From the NCBI GenBank assembly GCA_030039135.1, contig JASHQN010000098.1, positions 1 through 60,834 of the forward strand: a stretch of DNA of 60,834 bases, written 5' to 3'. The number at the start of each line of letters is the position of its first letter. Positions within the stretch are counted from its first letter, which is position 1. Shown piece after piece: positions 1 to 10,137 of this stretch. Made by a program: the position numbers and the translations under genes. This stretch comes from Thermoplasmata archaeon (GTDB taxonomy: Archaea > Thermoplasmatota > Thermoplasmata > Lutacidiplasmatales > UBA184). The notes under the pieces were generated by a model that was not told where the DNA came from, ran no database searches, and saw only the letters and a program-made list of their open reading frames with translations.

Positions 1-1
1 G

Positions 2-214
2 TTCCTCGGGGCGCTGCTCGGGGCCGACGTCGGCGCAAGTTCGTACGTACTCGGGATCTCGGTCTACGAGGGGATCCTCTTCTTCCACCTGGTGAACGCG
101 CTCGCGATCATCACGCAGGCGGCCGCGGTCGCGATCGCCTACGACATGTGGGAGGACCGGGAGTTCGAGAAGGAGTCCGAGGCCGGAGCGATCCCGAGGG
201 CGCGGGCGGTCTAG
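2..214 (+). CDS. C-terminal part of a membrane protein (truncated by window edge)
   Basis: Open frame from base 2 to TAG 212-214: FLGALLGADVGASSYVLGISVYEGILFFHLVNALAIITQAAAVAIAYDMWEDREFEKE...; hydrophobic segments, typical codon usage. Confidence 0.6.
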   Translation, partial: FLGALLGADVGASSYVLGISVYEGILFFHLVNALAIITQAAAVAIAYDMWEDREFEKESEAGAIPRARAV

Positions 215-933
215 GGGGCTGGCGGGGGCGCCCGGACGAGGAGAGTGAGGAGTTCCGCAGCGAGCCCGCGAGGGGCGGGCCGCGGGACACGGGCGGCGAC
301 CGCCCGACGCACGCGACGCGTGACCTCCTCCCGCCGGCCACCTCCGTTGACGAGACGGTAGCGCGCGCCGAGCGTCGGCGCGACCCACCGCTCGAAATCC
401 TGTCGCTCGAACCGCCCCGCAGCCTCGTGGCGGGCGGCGAGGGCGGGCGGGTGCCCGCGAGGATCGGCCGCGATACGCCGCCGGCGCGTTCGCTCGTTGG
501 TGTCGAGGTAGATCGTGAGGTCCGGCACGCCCCATCGCCGGTCCCGAAGAAGGGCTCGTGCGGTCCGATCCAGCGGACCGAGGATCGACGCCGGGGCGAG
601 GCCGAGGGCGACGAGCGCGCGCGAGTAGGTGATCGGGCCGAAAAATCCGGTGTCGGTGAACACGATCCGACCTCGGTGCGCTGCCGTGCGGGCCTCGGCA
701 AAGCGTCGCGCCTCTTCTCCGAGAAGGCGCCGTTCGAGACCGAGGAGCGACCGCGCCGAGCGGATCTCGAGGGAGGGGGTCGGGCGCAGGCGGCGGTAGG
801 CCTCGGGAAGGACGACGCCGCCGAGCGCCCGTGCAGCGAAGCGGGTGGCCGTGGTCTTGCCGCTCCCCGAGGGTCCCTCGATCGCGACGATCGCGCCTCT
901 CGCGGTCGGCCGGGCCCGCATCGTCGTCGCCAC
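211..933 (-). CDS. P-loop nucleoside/nucleotide kinase (thymidylate/deoxynucleoside kinase-like)
   Basis: IVAIEGPSGSGKTT Walker A, IVFTDT, PDLTIYLD motifs; start 933 (GTG) or 921 (ATG). Confidence 0.7.
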   Translation of the reverse strand: MATTMRARPTARGAIVAIEGPSGSGKTTATRFAARALGGVVLPEAYRRLRPTPSLEIRSARSLLGLERRLLGEEARRFAEARTAAHRGRIVFTDTGFFGPITYSRALVALGLAPASILGPLDRTARALLRDRRWGVPDLTIYLDTNERTRRRRIAADPRGHPPALAARHEAAGRFERQDFERWVAPTLGARYRLVNGGGRREEVTRRVRRAVAARVPRPAPRGLAAELLTLLVRAPPPAP

Positions 934-976
934 CGCGACGCGCGGCTTACGTTCTCGCGCCGGCCGTGGCCCCCTC

Positions 977-982
977 TTTAAT
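977..982 (+). promoter_or_regulatory. TATA box for folP (leaderless-type spacing)
   Basis: TTTAAT in GC-rich context, 22 nt before GTG 1005. Confidence 0.55.
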
Positions 983-1004
983 CGCCTCGGCGGCTCCCGG
1001 GCCC

Positions 1005-2297
1005 GTGGACGAGGTCTCCGGCACGATCCCGCCGTCCCATCGGTTCGCGGCGCGCGTCCTCGAGTGGGACCGATTCCTCGAGATCGCTCGAGAGATCGAG
1101 CGCACCGATAGCGATCCCGAAGGCGTCGGCATCATGACCCGGAAGGCCCGGATCTTCCCGGTCCGGCTCGACGGCGTCTCGCTCAAGGCATCCCCCCTGT
1201 TGAAGCAGGAGCTTCTCTCGGTCGGCGGTGACGCGGCTCACGCCCGCGGCATCGCGGATCATTCCGTGGCGTCGAGCCCGGTCGTGCTGCTCGCGACGTG
1301 GGGTCAGTACCGTCGGCTGCTCCCAAAGCTCCAGCGCCAGCCGTTCCGCCTCGCCGAGATCGCCGAAGAGGTCGACCGCGCACTGCGAGCGTACGTCGCG
1401 AGCGGATCCCGGACGATCGCGGGGCCCCACCACCGGTTCACGGTCGGCGACCGGCCCCGCGTGATGGGGGTCGTCAACGTCACACCGGACTCCTTCTCGG
1501 ACGGCGGGAAGTTCCTTCAACCGGCGGCCGCAGCCGCCCTTGCCACGCGCCTCGCCGAGGAGGGGGCGAGCGTCGTCGACGTCGGCGGAGAGTCGACGCG
1601 GCCGGGAGCGACCCCGGTCTCGCCCGACGCGGAATGGGCACGGATCGGTCCGGTCCTCGAAGCGCTCCGGGGGACGCTCTCGGTGCCGATCTCGGTCGAC
1701 ACCCGCCATCCCGAGGTCGCCGCGAAGGCGGTCGAGGCGGGGGCCGACCTCGTCAACGATGTCGAGGGGCTGCGCTCGCCCGAGATGCGCCGCGTCGTGG
1801 CGCGCTCGGAGGCCGCCGCGATCGCGATGCACATGCGCGGGACCCCCGAGACGATGCAGACGAACCTGGAGTACGCCGACCTGCGCTCCGAAGTCTATCG
1901 CGCGCTCGCCGACGCGACCGACGACGCGATCCGATCCGGGATTCCGGCGGAGCGGCTCCTCATCGACCCGGGGCTCGGGTTCGGGAAGTCGGCGACCCAG
2001 AGCCTCGAGCTCCTCGTCCACGCCGGGGAGCTACGGAGCCTGGGCTACCCGGTCGTGATCGGGGCGTCGCGGAAGTCGTTCCTGGGGGCCGCCCTCGAGG
2101 GGGTCTCGCGCGACGATCGGCTCGAAGCGGGCCTCGCCGCGGCCGTGATCGCCGCCGAGCGTGGGGTCGCCCTCGTGCGAACCCACGACGTGGGACCGAC
2201 CGTACGAGCGCTCGCGGTCGTCGCAACGGCCGAGCGGGAGGCGGCCCGTCCCCCGTCGACCCGCGCTCCGCTCGTCACCGACGGGCCGGACGATTGA
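1005..2297 (+). CDS. folP: Dihydropteroate synthase with N-terminal extension
   Basis: VMGVVNVTPDSFSDGG, DVGGESTRPG, IDPGLGFGK, GASRKSF, VRTHDV motifs; start moved to GTG 1005 downstream of TATA. Confidence 0.93.
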   Translation: MDEVSGTIPPSHRFAARVLEWDRFLEIAREIERTDSDPEGVGIMTRKARIFPVRLDGVSLKASPLLKQELLSVGGDAAHARGIADHSVASSPVVLLATWGQYRRLLPKLQRQPFRLAEIAEEVDRALRAYVASGSRTIAGPHHRFTVGDRPRVMGVVNVTPDSFSDGGKFLQPAAAAALATRLAEEGASVVDVGGESTRPGATPVSPDAEWARIGPVLEALRGTLSVPISVDTRHPEVAAKAVEAGADLVNDVEGLRSPEMRRVVARSEAAAIAMHMRGTPETMQTNLEYADLRSEVYRALADATDDAIRSGIPAERLLIDPGLGFGKSATQSLELLVHAGELRSLGYPVVIGASRKSFLGAALEGVSRDDRLEAGLAAAVIAAERGVALVRTHDVGPTVRALAVVATAEREAARPPSTRAPLVTDGPDD

Positions 2298-2301
2298 AGC
2301 G

Positions 2302-2481
2302 CTAGTCGAGGGGGGAACCGTCGTCCGCGACGTCGACCTCGAGCACGAGGGAGCCCAAGTAATCGCAGTCGAGGCAGTGGTAGACCTGGCCTAGGATCAT
2401 CCCCGCGCTGAGCACGATCCGGGTCGAACCGCAGGTCGGGCAGCGCAGGATCCGGTTACGGGGACTCCGGCGACGAACCAT
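2302..2481 (-). CDS. Small zinc-ribbon protein (59 aa)
   Basis: CPTCGS...[15 protein letters not shown] Shine-Dalgarno before ATG 2481; overlaps gyrA 3' end. Confidence 0.75.
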   Translation of the reverse strand: MVRRRSPRNRILRCPTCGSTRIVLSAGMILGQVYHCLDCDYLGSLVLEVDVADDGSPLD

Positions 2482-5080
2482 CGTCCTCCTCGTCATCGGG
2501 CTCGATCGGAGGCCCGGGCTCGGGAGGCGAATCGGGGAGGTCGTCCGGGGTCGGGACCTCCGCGGTCGGATCGGAAGGCTCGGCGCGGTCGGACTCGCTC
2601 GTGCTGTCGCCGCCGCTCTCCTCCACGCCGGCCTCGATGATGGCCGCGTCCCGGACCTCGTCGCCCTCGTCAAGGCGGATCACCCGGACCCCCAGGGTGT
2701 TCCGCCCCTGCGAGCGGATCCCCTTCACCGCCGTGCGGATCGTGATCCCGTTCTTCGTCGTGACGAGGAGCTCGGACGCCTCGGTCGTGGGCAGGACGGC
2801 CACGACCGTCCCGTTCCGGCCGCCCGTGCGGATCGTCCGGACGCCCTTCGCGCCGCGTTTCGTGCGGCGGTACTCCTCGGTCGGGCTTCGTTTGCCGTAG
2901 CCGGTCGACGTGAGCGACAGCAGAGTGGGAAAGCTCGGGTTCACCGGCGCCATCGCGACGACCACGTCGTCGCGCCCGCCCGAGAGGCGCACGCCGATGA
3001 CGCCGTAGGTCGCGCGGCCCATCGGTCGCACCTCGGAGATCGGGAACCGGACGAGCTGGCCACGCGCCGTCGCGAGCAGAATCTCGGTCGCCTCGTCGTC
3101 CAAGTGCGCGACCCCGACCAGTTCGTCGCCCTCCTCGAGGTTGATCGCCTGGATGCCGTTCGTGCGGATGTTCTGGAACTGGTCGAGCGTCGTCCGCTTG
3201 ACCGTGCCCCTCCGCGTGGCGAAGAACAGCGATCCCGATGCGGTGACGTCGTGGATGGGCAGGAGCGTCTGGACGCGCTCGCCCGACTTGAGCCGGGGGA
3301 GAAGGTTGACGATCGCCTTGCCCTTGGAGTGGCGGCTACCCTCGGGCAGCTCGTACGCCATCAGCTGGTAGACCCGTCCCTGGTTCGTGAAGAACAGCAC
3401 GTCGTCGTGCGTCCGCGTGACGAACGTGCGGATGACGTAGTCCTCCTCCTTGGTCTCCATGCGGATGAGGCCACGGCCGCCGCGGCGCTGGCGACGGTAC
3501 TGGTCGAGCGGGAGGCGCTTCACGTAGCCGTCCCGCGTGACGAGGACGACCACGTCGGTGTCGGGGATCAGGTCTTCGAGCGTGCGTTCGGTGAACGCGG
3601 GCACGATCGTCGTGCGCCGCGCGTCGCCGAGCCGGGTCTTGAGGTCGGTGAGCTCGTCGGCGATGAGCCGGTCGAGCCGCACCGGGGAGGCGAGGATCTC
3701 GCGCAAGGTCTGGGCGAGCGCCTCCTTCTCCGCCTTCTCCTGCTCGACCGCTTCGCGCTCGAGCGCGGTGAGGCGGGCGAGCCGCATGTCGAGGATCGCC
3801 TTCGCCTGCTCGCTCGAGAGGAGGAACTTGCCCATCAGGCTCGCCTCGGCCGCCGCCACGTCCCGCGAGCGTCGGATGATCCGGATCACTTCGTCGATGT
3901 GATCGATCGCGGTGAGGAACCCCTCGAGGAGATGGAGGCGCTCCTCGGTCTTGCGGAGGTCGAACCTCGTGCGTCGAGTGAGGACGTGCCGACGGTGATC
4001 GAGGTGGAGGACGAGGAGGTCCTTGACGGGGACCACGCGCGGCCGGCCATCGACGAGACAGAGGTTGATCACGCCGAAGCTCGTCTCGAGCGGGGTGTGC
4101 TCGTAGAGCCGGTTGAGAACGATCTCCGCTGGGGCGTCGCGCCGCATCTCGAGGACGATGCTCGTGCCGTGGCGGTCGGACTCGTCGCGCAGGTCGGTGA
4201 TGCCGTCGATCCGCTTCGTCTTGACGAGGTCGGCGATGAGCTCCAGGAGGGCGGTCTTGTTGATCTCGTAGGGGATTTCGGTGATGACGATCTCGTCGCG
4301 TCCGTCGCGCTCCCGCACCTCGGCGCGGCCGCGCAGATGGAGCGTCCCACGTCCGGTCTCGTAGGCCTCGCGGATCCCTTCGGTCGAGAGGAACCCTCCC
4401 GTGGGGAAGTCCGGTCCGGGAAGCAGCTTCAGGATCTCGTCGAGGCCCGCGTCCGGTCGCGCGAGGAGCAGCAGAAGGGCGTCGACGGTCTCCGACAGAT
4501 TGTGCGGAGGCATGTTGGTCGCCATGCCGACCGCGATCCCGGCCGACCCGTTCACGAGCAGGTTCGGCGCCTTGGACGGGACGTCGAGGGGCTCCTTGAG
4601 CGTCCCGTCGAAGTTGTCCATCCAATCGACGGTCTCCCTCTCGATGTCGAGGAGGAGCTCCTCGGCGAACGCGCTCAGTCGGGCCTCGGTGTACCGCATC
4701 GCGGCGGGCGCGTCCCCATCGATCGAGCCGAAGTTCCCCTGTCCGTCGATGAGCGGGTACCGCAGGCTGAACGGCTGGGCCATCCGGACGAGCGCGTCGT
4801 AGACCGCGATGTCGCCGTGGGGGTGGTACTTGCCGAGGACGTCGCCGACCGTGCGCGCGCTCTTGCGGAACGGCCGATCGTGGGTCGCGCCGGATTCCCA
4901 CATCGACCAGAGGATCCGGCGTTGGACGGGCTTGAGGCCGTTGCGGCCGTCGGGCAGGGCGCGCCCGACGATGACGCTCATCGCGTAATCGATGTACGAC
5001 GTGTGCATCTCCCGCTCGAGCGGGCGATCGTGGACCCGGTCGACCGGGATCGGCGGGACCGCTTCGGGGACTTCGCTCAT
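2456..5080 (-). CDS. gyrA: DNA gyrase subunit A
   Basis: [23 protein letters not shown] catalytic Tyr, GyrA-box QRRGGRG, pinwheel repeats, acidic tail; start ATG 5080 (MSEVPE). Confidence 0.97.
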   Translation of the reverse strand: MSEVPEAVPPIPVDRVHDRPLEREMHTSYIDYAMSVIVGRALPDGRNGLKPVQRRILWSMWESGATHDRPFRKSARTVGDVLGKYHPHGDIAVYDALVRMAQPFSLRYPLIDGQGNFGSIDGDAPAAMRYTEARLSAFAEELLLDIERETVDWMDNFDGTLKEPLDVPSKAPNLLVNGSAGIAVGMATNMPPHNLSETVDALLLLLARPDAGLDEILKLLPGPDFPTGGFLSTEGIREAYETGRGTLHLRGRAEVRERDGRDEIVITEIPYEINKTALLELIADLVKTKRIDGITDLRDESDRHGTSIVLEMRRDAPAEIVLNRLYEHTPLETSFGVINLCLVDGRPRVVPVKDLLVLHLDHRRHVLTRRTRFDLRKTEERLHLLEGFLTAIDHIDEVIRIIRRSRDVAAAEASLMGKFLLSSEQAKAILDMRLARLTALEREAVEQEKAEKEALAQTLREILASPVRLDRLIADELTDLKTRLGDARRTTIVPAFTERTLEDLIPDTDVVVLVTRDGYVKRLPLDQYRRQRRGGRGLIRMETKEEDYVIRTFVTRTHDDVLFFTNQGRVYQLMAYELPEGSRHSKGKAIVNLLPRLKSGERVQTLLPIHDVTASGSLFFATRRGTVKRTTLDQFQNIRTNGIQAINLEEGDELVGVAHLDDEATEILLATARGQLVRFPISEVRPMGRATYGVIGVRLSGGRDDVVVAMAPVNPSFPTLLSLTSTGYGKRSPTEEYRRTKRGAKGVRTIRTGGRNGTVVAVLPTTEASELLVTTKNGITIRTAVKGIRSQGRNTLGVRVIRLDEGDEVRDAAIIEAGVEESGGDSTSESDRAEPSDPTAEVPTPDDLPDSPPEPGPPIEPDDEEDDGSSPESP

Positions 5081-6459
5081 CGGGCCTCGGCGCGCGGCGC
5101 GAGCTGCGCCGCGAGAAGGCGGTCCGCCTCGGAGAGGAACCGTTCCCAAGAACCCCGCGGGATCGTGGCCCCGCTCGCGATCCGGTGGCCGCCGCCCTCT
5201 CCCCCCACGACCCCCGCCGCGCCCCGGCAGACGTTCGCGAGATCGAGGCCACGTTGCACGAGGTCGCGAGTGCCGCGCGCGCTGACCTTCGTTCCCTCGG
5301 AGACGACGAACACCGGCCGGTGCGGGTCCAGAAGGTAGAGGATCGCCATGCCGGCCTGCGTGCCCGCGAGCGTGGTGTCGGGGCTCTCGAACCACTGGAG
5401 GAAGTTCATCGCATTTACACCCTCGGCCTCGAGGCGAAGAAGGCCGTTCAGAATCCCCTTCCTCCAGCCGTCCTCGGCCGCCCGCGCGCGCGCGGCCGCC
5501 CCGGCGTCCCCGAGGGCGAAGGCGACGCCGACCCCGGGCGTCTTCGCGCGACCCGTCGCGCTCTGCAGGTTGGAGACCTCCTCCGCGTCGAGGCCGAGAG
5601 AGGGGATGATCCAGCGGTCCTGTCCCACGACCTCGAGCGCCTCGGGCGTGGCCCCTCCCGAGCGGAGCCGATCGCGCACGGCCCCGACGAGGCGCGCGCT
5701 CTCGTCGGGGGTGAGCGTCGACGGGGGTCGGGCCGGATCGATGCCGAGACCTTCCAGGAACCGCCCCACCTCGGTCGGGCGACCCGAGAGCCCCGGGACG
5801 AACGGGTCGATGCTCGCGGTGAGCGCCGCGCCCATCGTGGGACCGAAGAGCGGGAGTCCCGGCCGCCGTAGGACGAGCGAGCGGCGCACCGCCTCGTCGA
5901 CGAGCACGGCGTTGAGGCCGCGGAACCCTCCGACGTGCTGGCGGTCGCCGATCGCTCCCGAGAGCCCCCACGGCGCATTGTCCCAATTGAGCGGGTCGAG
6001 GAAGATCGTGAAGAGCCAGGTGAGGGTGGCGGCGCACATCTCGGACATGCCGTCGACCCCCCAGTCGAGGGGATTGACGAACGCGACGTGGTCGGGCACG
6101 GCCGGAGGGGTCGGGACTCCCGGGTACTGGTGGTGGTCGAGCACCACGACCGGGTACGGATGCGGAGCGTAGAGGTCGGCCCAGGTTGCTCCGGTGTCGA
6201 CAACGAGGATCGGGCCAGCGGTCGCTCGTACCAGTTCGGCCATGCGGTCCCGTTCGACCCCGGAGAGCGCAGTGGCCTGGGCCGGGTAGCCGAGTCGAGC
6301 GAGCGCGCGCAGGGCGGACGAGGCGCTCGCGATGCCGTCGGCGTCGTAGTGGTAGATGACCCGCCAGCGCGCCCGGTGGCCGAGCAGGAGACCCCGGGCC
6401 CGCTCGAACTCGTGGCGGTAGGCCGGGTCGGCGACGAATCCGTCCGGACCCGGAGGCAT
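5077..6459 (-). CDS. RecJ/Cdc45-like DHH-DHHA1 phosphoesterase/exonuclease
   Basis: [26 protein letters not shown] motifs; follows rps15 as is common in euryarchaea (TGATG overlap). Confidence 0.88.
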   Translation of the reverse strand: MPPGPDGFVADPAYRHEFERARGLLLGHRARWRVIYHYDADGIASASSALRALARLGYPAQATALSGVERDRMAELVRATAGPILVVDTGATWADLYAPHPYPVVVLDHHQYPGVPTPPAVPDHVAFVNPLDWGVDGMSEMCAATLTWLFTIFLDPLNWDNAPWGLSGAIGDRQHVGGFRGLNAVLVDEAVRRSLVLRRPGLPLFGPTMGAALTASIDPFVPGLSGRPTEVGRFLEGLGIDPARPPSTLTPDESARLVGAVRDRLRSGGATPEALEVVGQDRWIIPSLGLDAEEVSNLQSATGRAKTPGVGVAFALGDAGAAARARAAEDGWRKGILNGLLRLEAEGVNAMNFLQWFESPDTTLAGTQAGMAILYLLDPHRPVFVVSEGTKVSARGTRDLVQRGLDLANVCRGAAGVVGGEGGGHRIASGATIPRGSWERFLSEADRLLAAQLAPRAEAR

Positions 6460-6914
6460 CACTCGACCTGGAGCGCCGCCCCCGCGGCCGAGTACCGCCA
6501 GTTCTCCGGAAGGCGGTGGCGGCGACGGTAGTAGCGGGCCAGGCGACGGATCCGCGATTCCATCAGGTTCAGGCCCCGGCGGTTCGCGAGGTCCTTAGGG
6601 TGGCTCTGCAGGTGGCGCTGCAAGTGCACGACGCGCTTGAGCAGGGCCTGAAGGTCGTCGGGGATCTCGGGAGCGACGCCGTGCTCGCGGAGCAGGACGA
6701 CCAGACGTTGGCCGGTCACGGCACGGGTGAGGGGGACGCCGTAGGAGTCGCGGAGCGTCTGGCCCACCAGGGCGGGCCCCATTCCACCCTTGGCGAGCTG
6801 GACGGCTTGGGCGACGACTTCCTCCGTGGTGGTGGTGACCCACTCCGGTTTCGTCAGCGGGTAGGGCCGGTGCGAGCCGGCTCGGCCCTTGTTGCCGGAG
6901 TGGATTCTCGACAC
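6459..6914 (-). CDS. rps15: 30S ribosomal protein S15 (uS15, archaeal type)
   Basis: [48 protein letters not shown]. Confidence 0.96.
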   Translation of the reverse strand: MSRIHSGNKGRAGSHRPYPLTKPEWVTTTTEEVVAQAVQLAKGGMGPALVGQTLRDSYGVPLTRAVTGQRLVVLLREHGVAPEIPDDLQALLKRVVHLQRHLQSHPKDLANRRGLNLMESRIRRLARYYRRRHRLPENWRYSAAGAALQVE

Positions 6915-6968
6915 GGGAGGACGCCCACGTGGGATGGCTACTTAACCGTTGTAGCGGGCGCGGCGGAC

Positions 6969-7316
6969 TCAGGCGATTCGGTCGCTCTTCTCCTGGGCTT
7001 CCACGAGGAACTGCTTACCGGCGCTGGAGATCCGGTACCGAGCGCGAGGGGCCGCACGGGAATGTCCCGCGGCGGCGTAGTTCCCTGCGGCCTCGGCCTC
7101 CACCAAGCGGTTCCGCACGAGGAGGCCGAGGGCCAGGGGGATCTTGACGAGGTCCTGCTCGACCGCCCAGAATTTCGCTAGGAGCCGTTCGAGGTCCGCG
7201 AGCTCGAGCACCTGCTCCCGGGGCTTGCCCTCGTTCTGCGACTCGGCGCGGTTGAGCTGTTGCAGGATCGCGACCAGCGTGGCCCGGACCGGGTCGGGGG
7301 CGTCCCGTGACGGCAT
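6969..7316 (-). CDS. Hypothetical protein, probable winged-helix fold
   Basis: 115 aa, own TATA-like TTTTAAG about 30 nt upstream; L..LV.N.L and wing/terminal helix YRISSAGKQFL. Confidence 0.65.
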   Translation of the reverse strand: MPSRDAPDPVRATLVAILQQLNRAESQNEGKPREQVLELADLERLLAKFWAVEQDLVKIPLALGLLVRNRLVEAEAAGNYAAAGHSRAAPRARYRISSAGKQFLVEAQEKSDRIA

Positions 7317-7454
7317 CCCCGATTACTACGCGGGGTCCTTCTACTTAAAACGGCTCGGCCTCTCTGAGCGCATCCGTCCGGCACACGCTCTTAGACCGGA
7401 ACGCGACGTACGGGCGTCCTCGATCTCCGGGCCGGTCGGTGCAGCCCGGCTCCG

Positions 7455-7790
7455 TCAGACCCGGTTGACCCGCTCGATCTCCTTCAGGAGGAGGCGCTTC
7501 CCGTCGAGCGTGATCGTGAACCGCTCGCTGACGACGCGGCCGCGGTCCCACGCGTACTCGGGGTCGGTGAGCGTGCGCGCGAGCCCGTTCGCGACGAGGA
7601 CCGAGAGCGTGCGATCGACGTCGACGAGCGTCGTCGCGGGGAACCCGACCTTCCCCAGCATGTGCCAGAGCTCCTCTTTCTCGAACCCCTCGACGCTCCC
7701 GCCCTCTTCCTCCGCGCGGTTGAGCAGCTTCAGTACCTCGACCATCTCGAGGTGCAGCTCCCGGGCCTGAGCCTCCGGCGCTTCGATCAC
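7455..7790 (-). CDS. Hypothetical protein, probable winged-helix fold (paralog of 6969..7316)
   Basis: 111 aa; LLNRAE, LSVLVANGL, FTITLDGKRLL; AT-rich element at about 7817-7826. Confidence 0.7.
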   Translation of the reverse strand: MIEAPEAQARELHLEMVEVLKLLNRAEEEGGSVEGFEKEELWHMLGKVGFPATTLVDVDRTLSVLVANGLARTLTDPEYAWDRGRVVSERFTITLDGKRLLLKEIERVNRV

Positions 7791-7893
7791 GGTGCGGAGT
7801 GCGCGGCTTCCCCCACTTGAAAATATCCTTTCACCCGAACGCTCCGCCCGAGCAGCGTCCTTTTAGACCGGGGGCGCAGGTACCGTACCGCCG

Positions 7894-8202
7894 ATGACCT
7901 GCACCTGCCGCAACCCGGCCCGTTGCCCGGTCTGTAACCAGCCGGTCCGCGTGCCGCTCTCGAACCTCGAGAACCAGGCCGGCGGCGCGATCCTCGTCGA
8001 GCGGTTCGCCCGGCGCGACTCCTCGTCGTCGCGCGAGGGCCTGCGCCGGCTCATCGAGGGCTGGGCGACGTGTCCGTCGTGCGGCCACTCGATCCATCAC
8101 GAGCATTCCCGCTCGTGCGTCGCCGAGGCGCTCACCGCCGCGGGGGTCCCGCTCTCCGAACGAGAGTCGATCTTGGCGAAGATCACGTTCCCCGAAGGTT
8201 GA
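7894..8202 (+). CDS. Cys/His-rich hypothetical protein, probable zinc-binding
   Basis: CTC..CPVC ... CPSCGHSIHHEH..C; TTTTAG about 30 nt upstream; 10 nt before trpS. Confidence 0.65.
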   Translation: MTCTCRNPARCPVCNQPVRVPLSNLENQAGGAILVERFARRDSSSSREGLRRLIEGWATCPSCGHSIHHEHSRSCVAEALTAAGVPLSERESILAKITFPEG

Positions 8203-8212
8203 CCGGTCGACC

Positions 8213-9361
8213 ATGCCGGCGCCCGAGGAGTTCGTCGTCACCCCGTACGAGGTCAAGGGCAAGATCGACTACGACCGTCTGCGGGAGCTGTTCGGCACCC
8301 AGGGGCTCACGCCGGAGCTCCTCGCCCGGCTCCACCGTCTCGCCGGGGGCGAGCTTCCTCCGCTCCTGACCCGGGGGATCTATTACTCGCACCGCGACCT
8401 CGGGCCCCTGCTCGACGCCTACGAGAACGGCCGGCCGTTCTTCGTGTACTCCGGCCGGGGTCCGAGCGGCCCGCTCCACACCTCGCATCTGATCCAGTTC
8501 GATATCTGCGCGTGGTTCCACCGCCGTCTCGGGGTGCCGATGTACATCCAGATCACGGACGACGAGAAGTTCTGGGCCCGCTCGGGCCTGACGCGTGAGG
8601 AGACGGCCCGCTGGGGTCTCGAGAACCTGTACGACATCCTCGCGCTCGGATTTGACCCGAAGCGGACGCACGTGTTCTTCGATTCCCGGTCGATCGCCGC
8701 GATGTACCCGCTCGCGATCCGTGTCGCCCGGAAGATCACGTTCTCGAACGTGAAGGCGGTGTTCGGGTTCGAGGGGAGCACGAACATCGGTCTCGTCTTC
8801 TATACCGCGCTTCAGTCGGTCCCTGCCTTCTGGCCGTCGTGGGCCGAAGGTCGGGCGGTCCCGTGCCTGATCCCCTGCGGTATCGACCAGGATCCGCACT
8901 TCCGTCTCACCCGCGATATCGCGGAGGGTCTCGGGTACCCGAAGCCGGCGCTCCTCCACTCGAAGATGGTGATGGGGCTCCTCGGAGAGGGAGTGATGTC
9001 GACGACCGGGAATCGGGCGGACGACGCGCTCTTCCTCAACGACCCCCCGAAGGTCGTCGAGCGCAAGATACGGGCCGCCTTCACGGGGGGACGCGCGACC
9101 GTCGAGGAACAGCGCCGCCTCGGCGCGACGCCCGAGGTCTGCTCGGTCTGGACGCTCTGGCGCACGCGATTCGCGCCCGCGGAAGCGGAGTTCGAGGAAA
9201 TCACCCGGACGTGCCGATCCGGCGAGCTCCTCTGCGGGGACTGTAAGGCACGGCTGATCGAGCGGGTCCACGGGTTCTACGCGCAGCACGCCGAGGCCCG
9301 CGAGAAGGTCAAGGACTGGGCCGAGTCGACGATCGTGACCGTAGCGCCGAAGCCGCTGTAG
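8213..9361 (+). CDS. trpS: Tryptophanyl-tRNA synthetase (archaeal/eukaryotic type)
   Basis: VTPYEV, YSGRGPSGPLH, IQITDDEKF, IPCGIDQDPHFR, AFTGGR, GELLCGDCK. Confidence 0.96.
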   Translation: MPAPEEFVVTPYEVKGKIDYDRLRELFGTQGLTPELLARLHRLAGGELPPLLTRGIYYSHRDLGPLLDAYENGRPFFVYSGRGPSGPLHTSHLIQFDICAWFHRRLGVPMYIQITDDEKFWARSGLTREETARWGLENLYDILALGFDPKRTHVFFDSRSIAAMYPLAIRVARKITFSNVKAVFGFEGSTNIGLVFYTALQSVPAFWPSWAEGRAVPCLIPCGIDQDPHFRLTRDIAEGLGYPKPALLHSKMVMGLLGEGVMSTTGNRADDALFLNDPPKVVERKIRAAFTGGRATVEEQRRLGATPEVCSVWTLWRTRFAPAEAEFEEITRTCRSGELLCGDCKARLIERVHGFYAQHAEAREKVKDWAESTIVTVAPKPL

Positions 9362-9375
9362 ACCGGTCCGCCGGC

Positions 9376-10137
9376 TCAGCGGACCTCGGGCCGGCGCGAT
9401 CCCGACCGCGGCCGCCGCGCCTCCGGCCCTTCGGGCGGCGTCGGGGCGGCCGGAGCGCCCGCGATCGGTGCGGGGGCTCCCGCGCCCTCGACGGCGGTGA
9501 GTAGTTTCAGCATCGGACGGAAGAGCGAGCGCGACGCGCGCGCCGGGTCGAGCGTGTAGGCCCGATCGTATGCCGCGACCGCTTCCTCCTCCTCGCCGAG
9601 AGTGAGTAACGAGAGCGCGAGGTCCAGCCAGCTCTTCGCTTCCCGCGAGCCCTCGCGCTCGCCGGTCTCCTCGAGATGGTCGTCGCCCGCGGCCGGAGGG
9701 GCGGCCGGGGGCAAGGCTCCCCCGCTCGGTTCGTCGCGGGAGAGGACGAGCGCCCGCTCGAACGCCGCGGCCGCGCCCGGTTCGTCACCGGACTCGGCGA
9801 GAGCGACGCCGAGCCGGTGCCAGGCGATGAGATCGTCCGGGGCGAGGGCTGCGGCCCTCCGATAGGCGAGCGCGGCGGATGCCCATTCTTCGCGCATCCC
9901 GCGAGCGACCCCGAGGTGGAACCATGCCTCAGCGTGGGCGGGGGCGAGGCCCACGGCGCGCGAGAGGGCTCCCTCCGCCTCGCGCGCCCGCCCGAGGTGG
10001 GTCAGGCAGATCCCGAAGTAGGCCCAGGCGTTGGCGTCGGACGCCTCGTCGCGGACGACGTCGCGGAACGCTCGCTCGGCGAGGTCGTACTCGCCCCGCA
10101 GGAAGTGATGGACGCCGAGATCGAAGCGCTGGCTCAC
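9376..10137 (-). CDS. Tetratricopeptide-repeat protein
   Basis: Repeated AW..LG....G...A...Y.RA..L.P units. Confidence 0.85.
   Translation of the reverse strand: MSQRFDLGVHHFLRGEYDLAERAFRDVVRDEASDANAWAYFGICLTHLGRAREAEGALSRAVGLAPAHAEAWFHLGVARGMREEWASAALAYRRAAALAPDDLIAWHRLGVALAESGDEPGAAAAFERALVLSRDEPSGGALPPAAPPAAGDDHLEETGEREGSREAKSWLDLALSLLTLGEEEEAVAAYDRAYTLDPARASRSLFRPMLKLLTAVEGAGAPAPIAGAPAAPTPPEGPEARRPRSGSRRPEVR

Noticed and set aside
211..933. Third Tmk-like kinase as part of the polyphosphate kinase system
   Set aside because: Lies 20 kb away and lacks the DFAD and YxExGMD motifs shared by the pair
3104..5338. Long antisense and alternate-frame ORFs (e.g. 3104..5338 +, 12073..15138 +, 11645..14968 -, 46223..48778 -)
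   Set aside because: Shadow ORFs of real genes in high-GC DNA; Arg/Pro/Gly-rich with no motifs
5081..6037. Apparent 318-aa N-terminal extension of GyrA in the ORF track
   Set aside because: Out-of-frame read of the DHH gene; the real start is ATG 5080. The same applies to the extended carB, proS, rpoL and CHAD ORFs
7317..7454. Possible ncRNA between the two winged-helix genes
   Set aside because: No C/D boxes or convincing stable stems; partly explained by the downstream promoter
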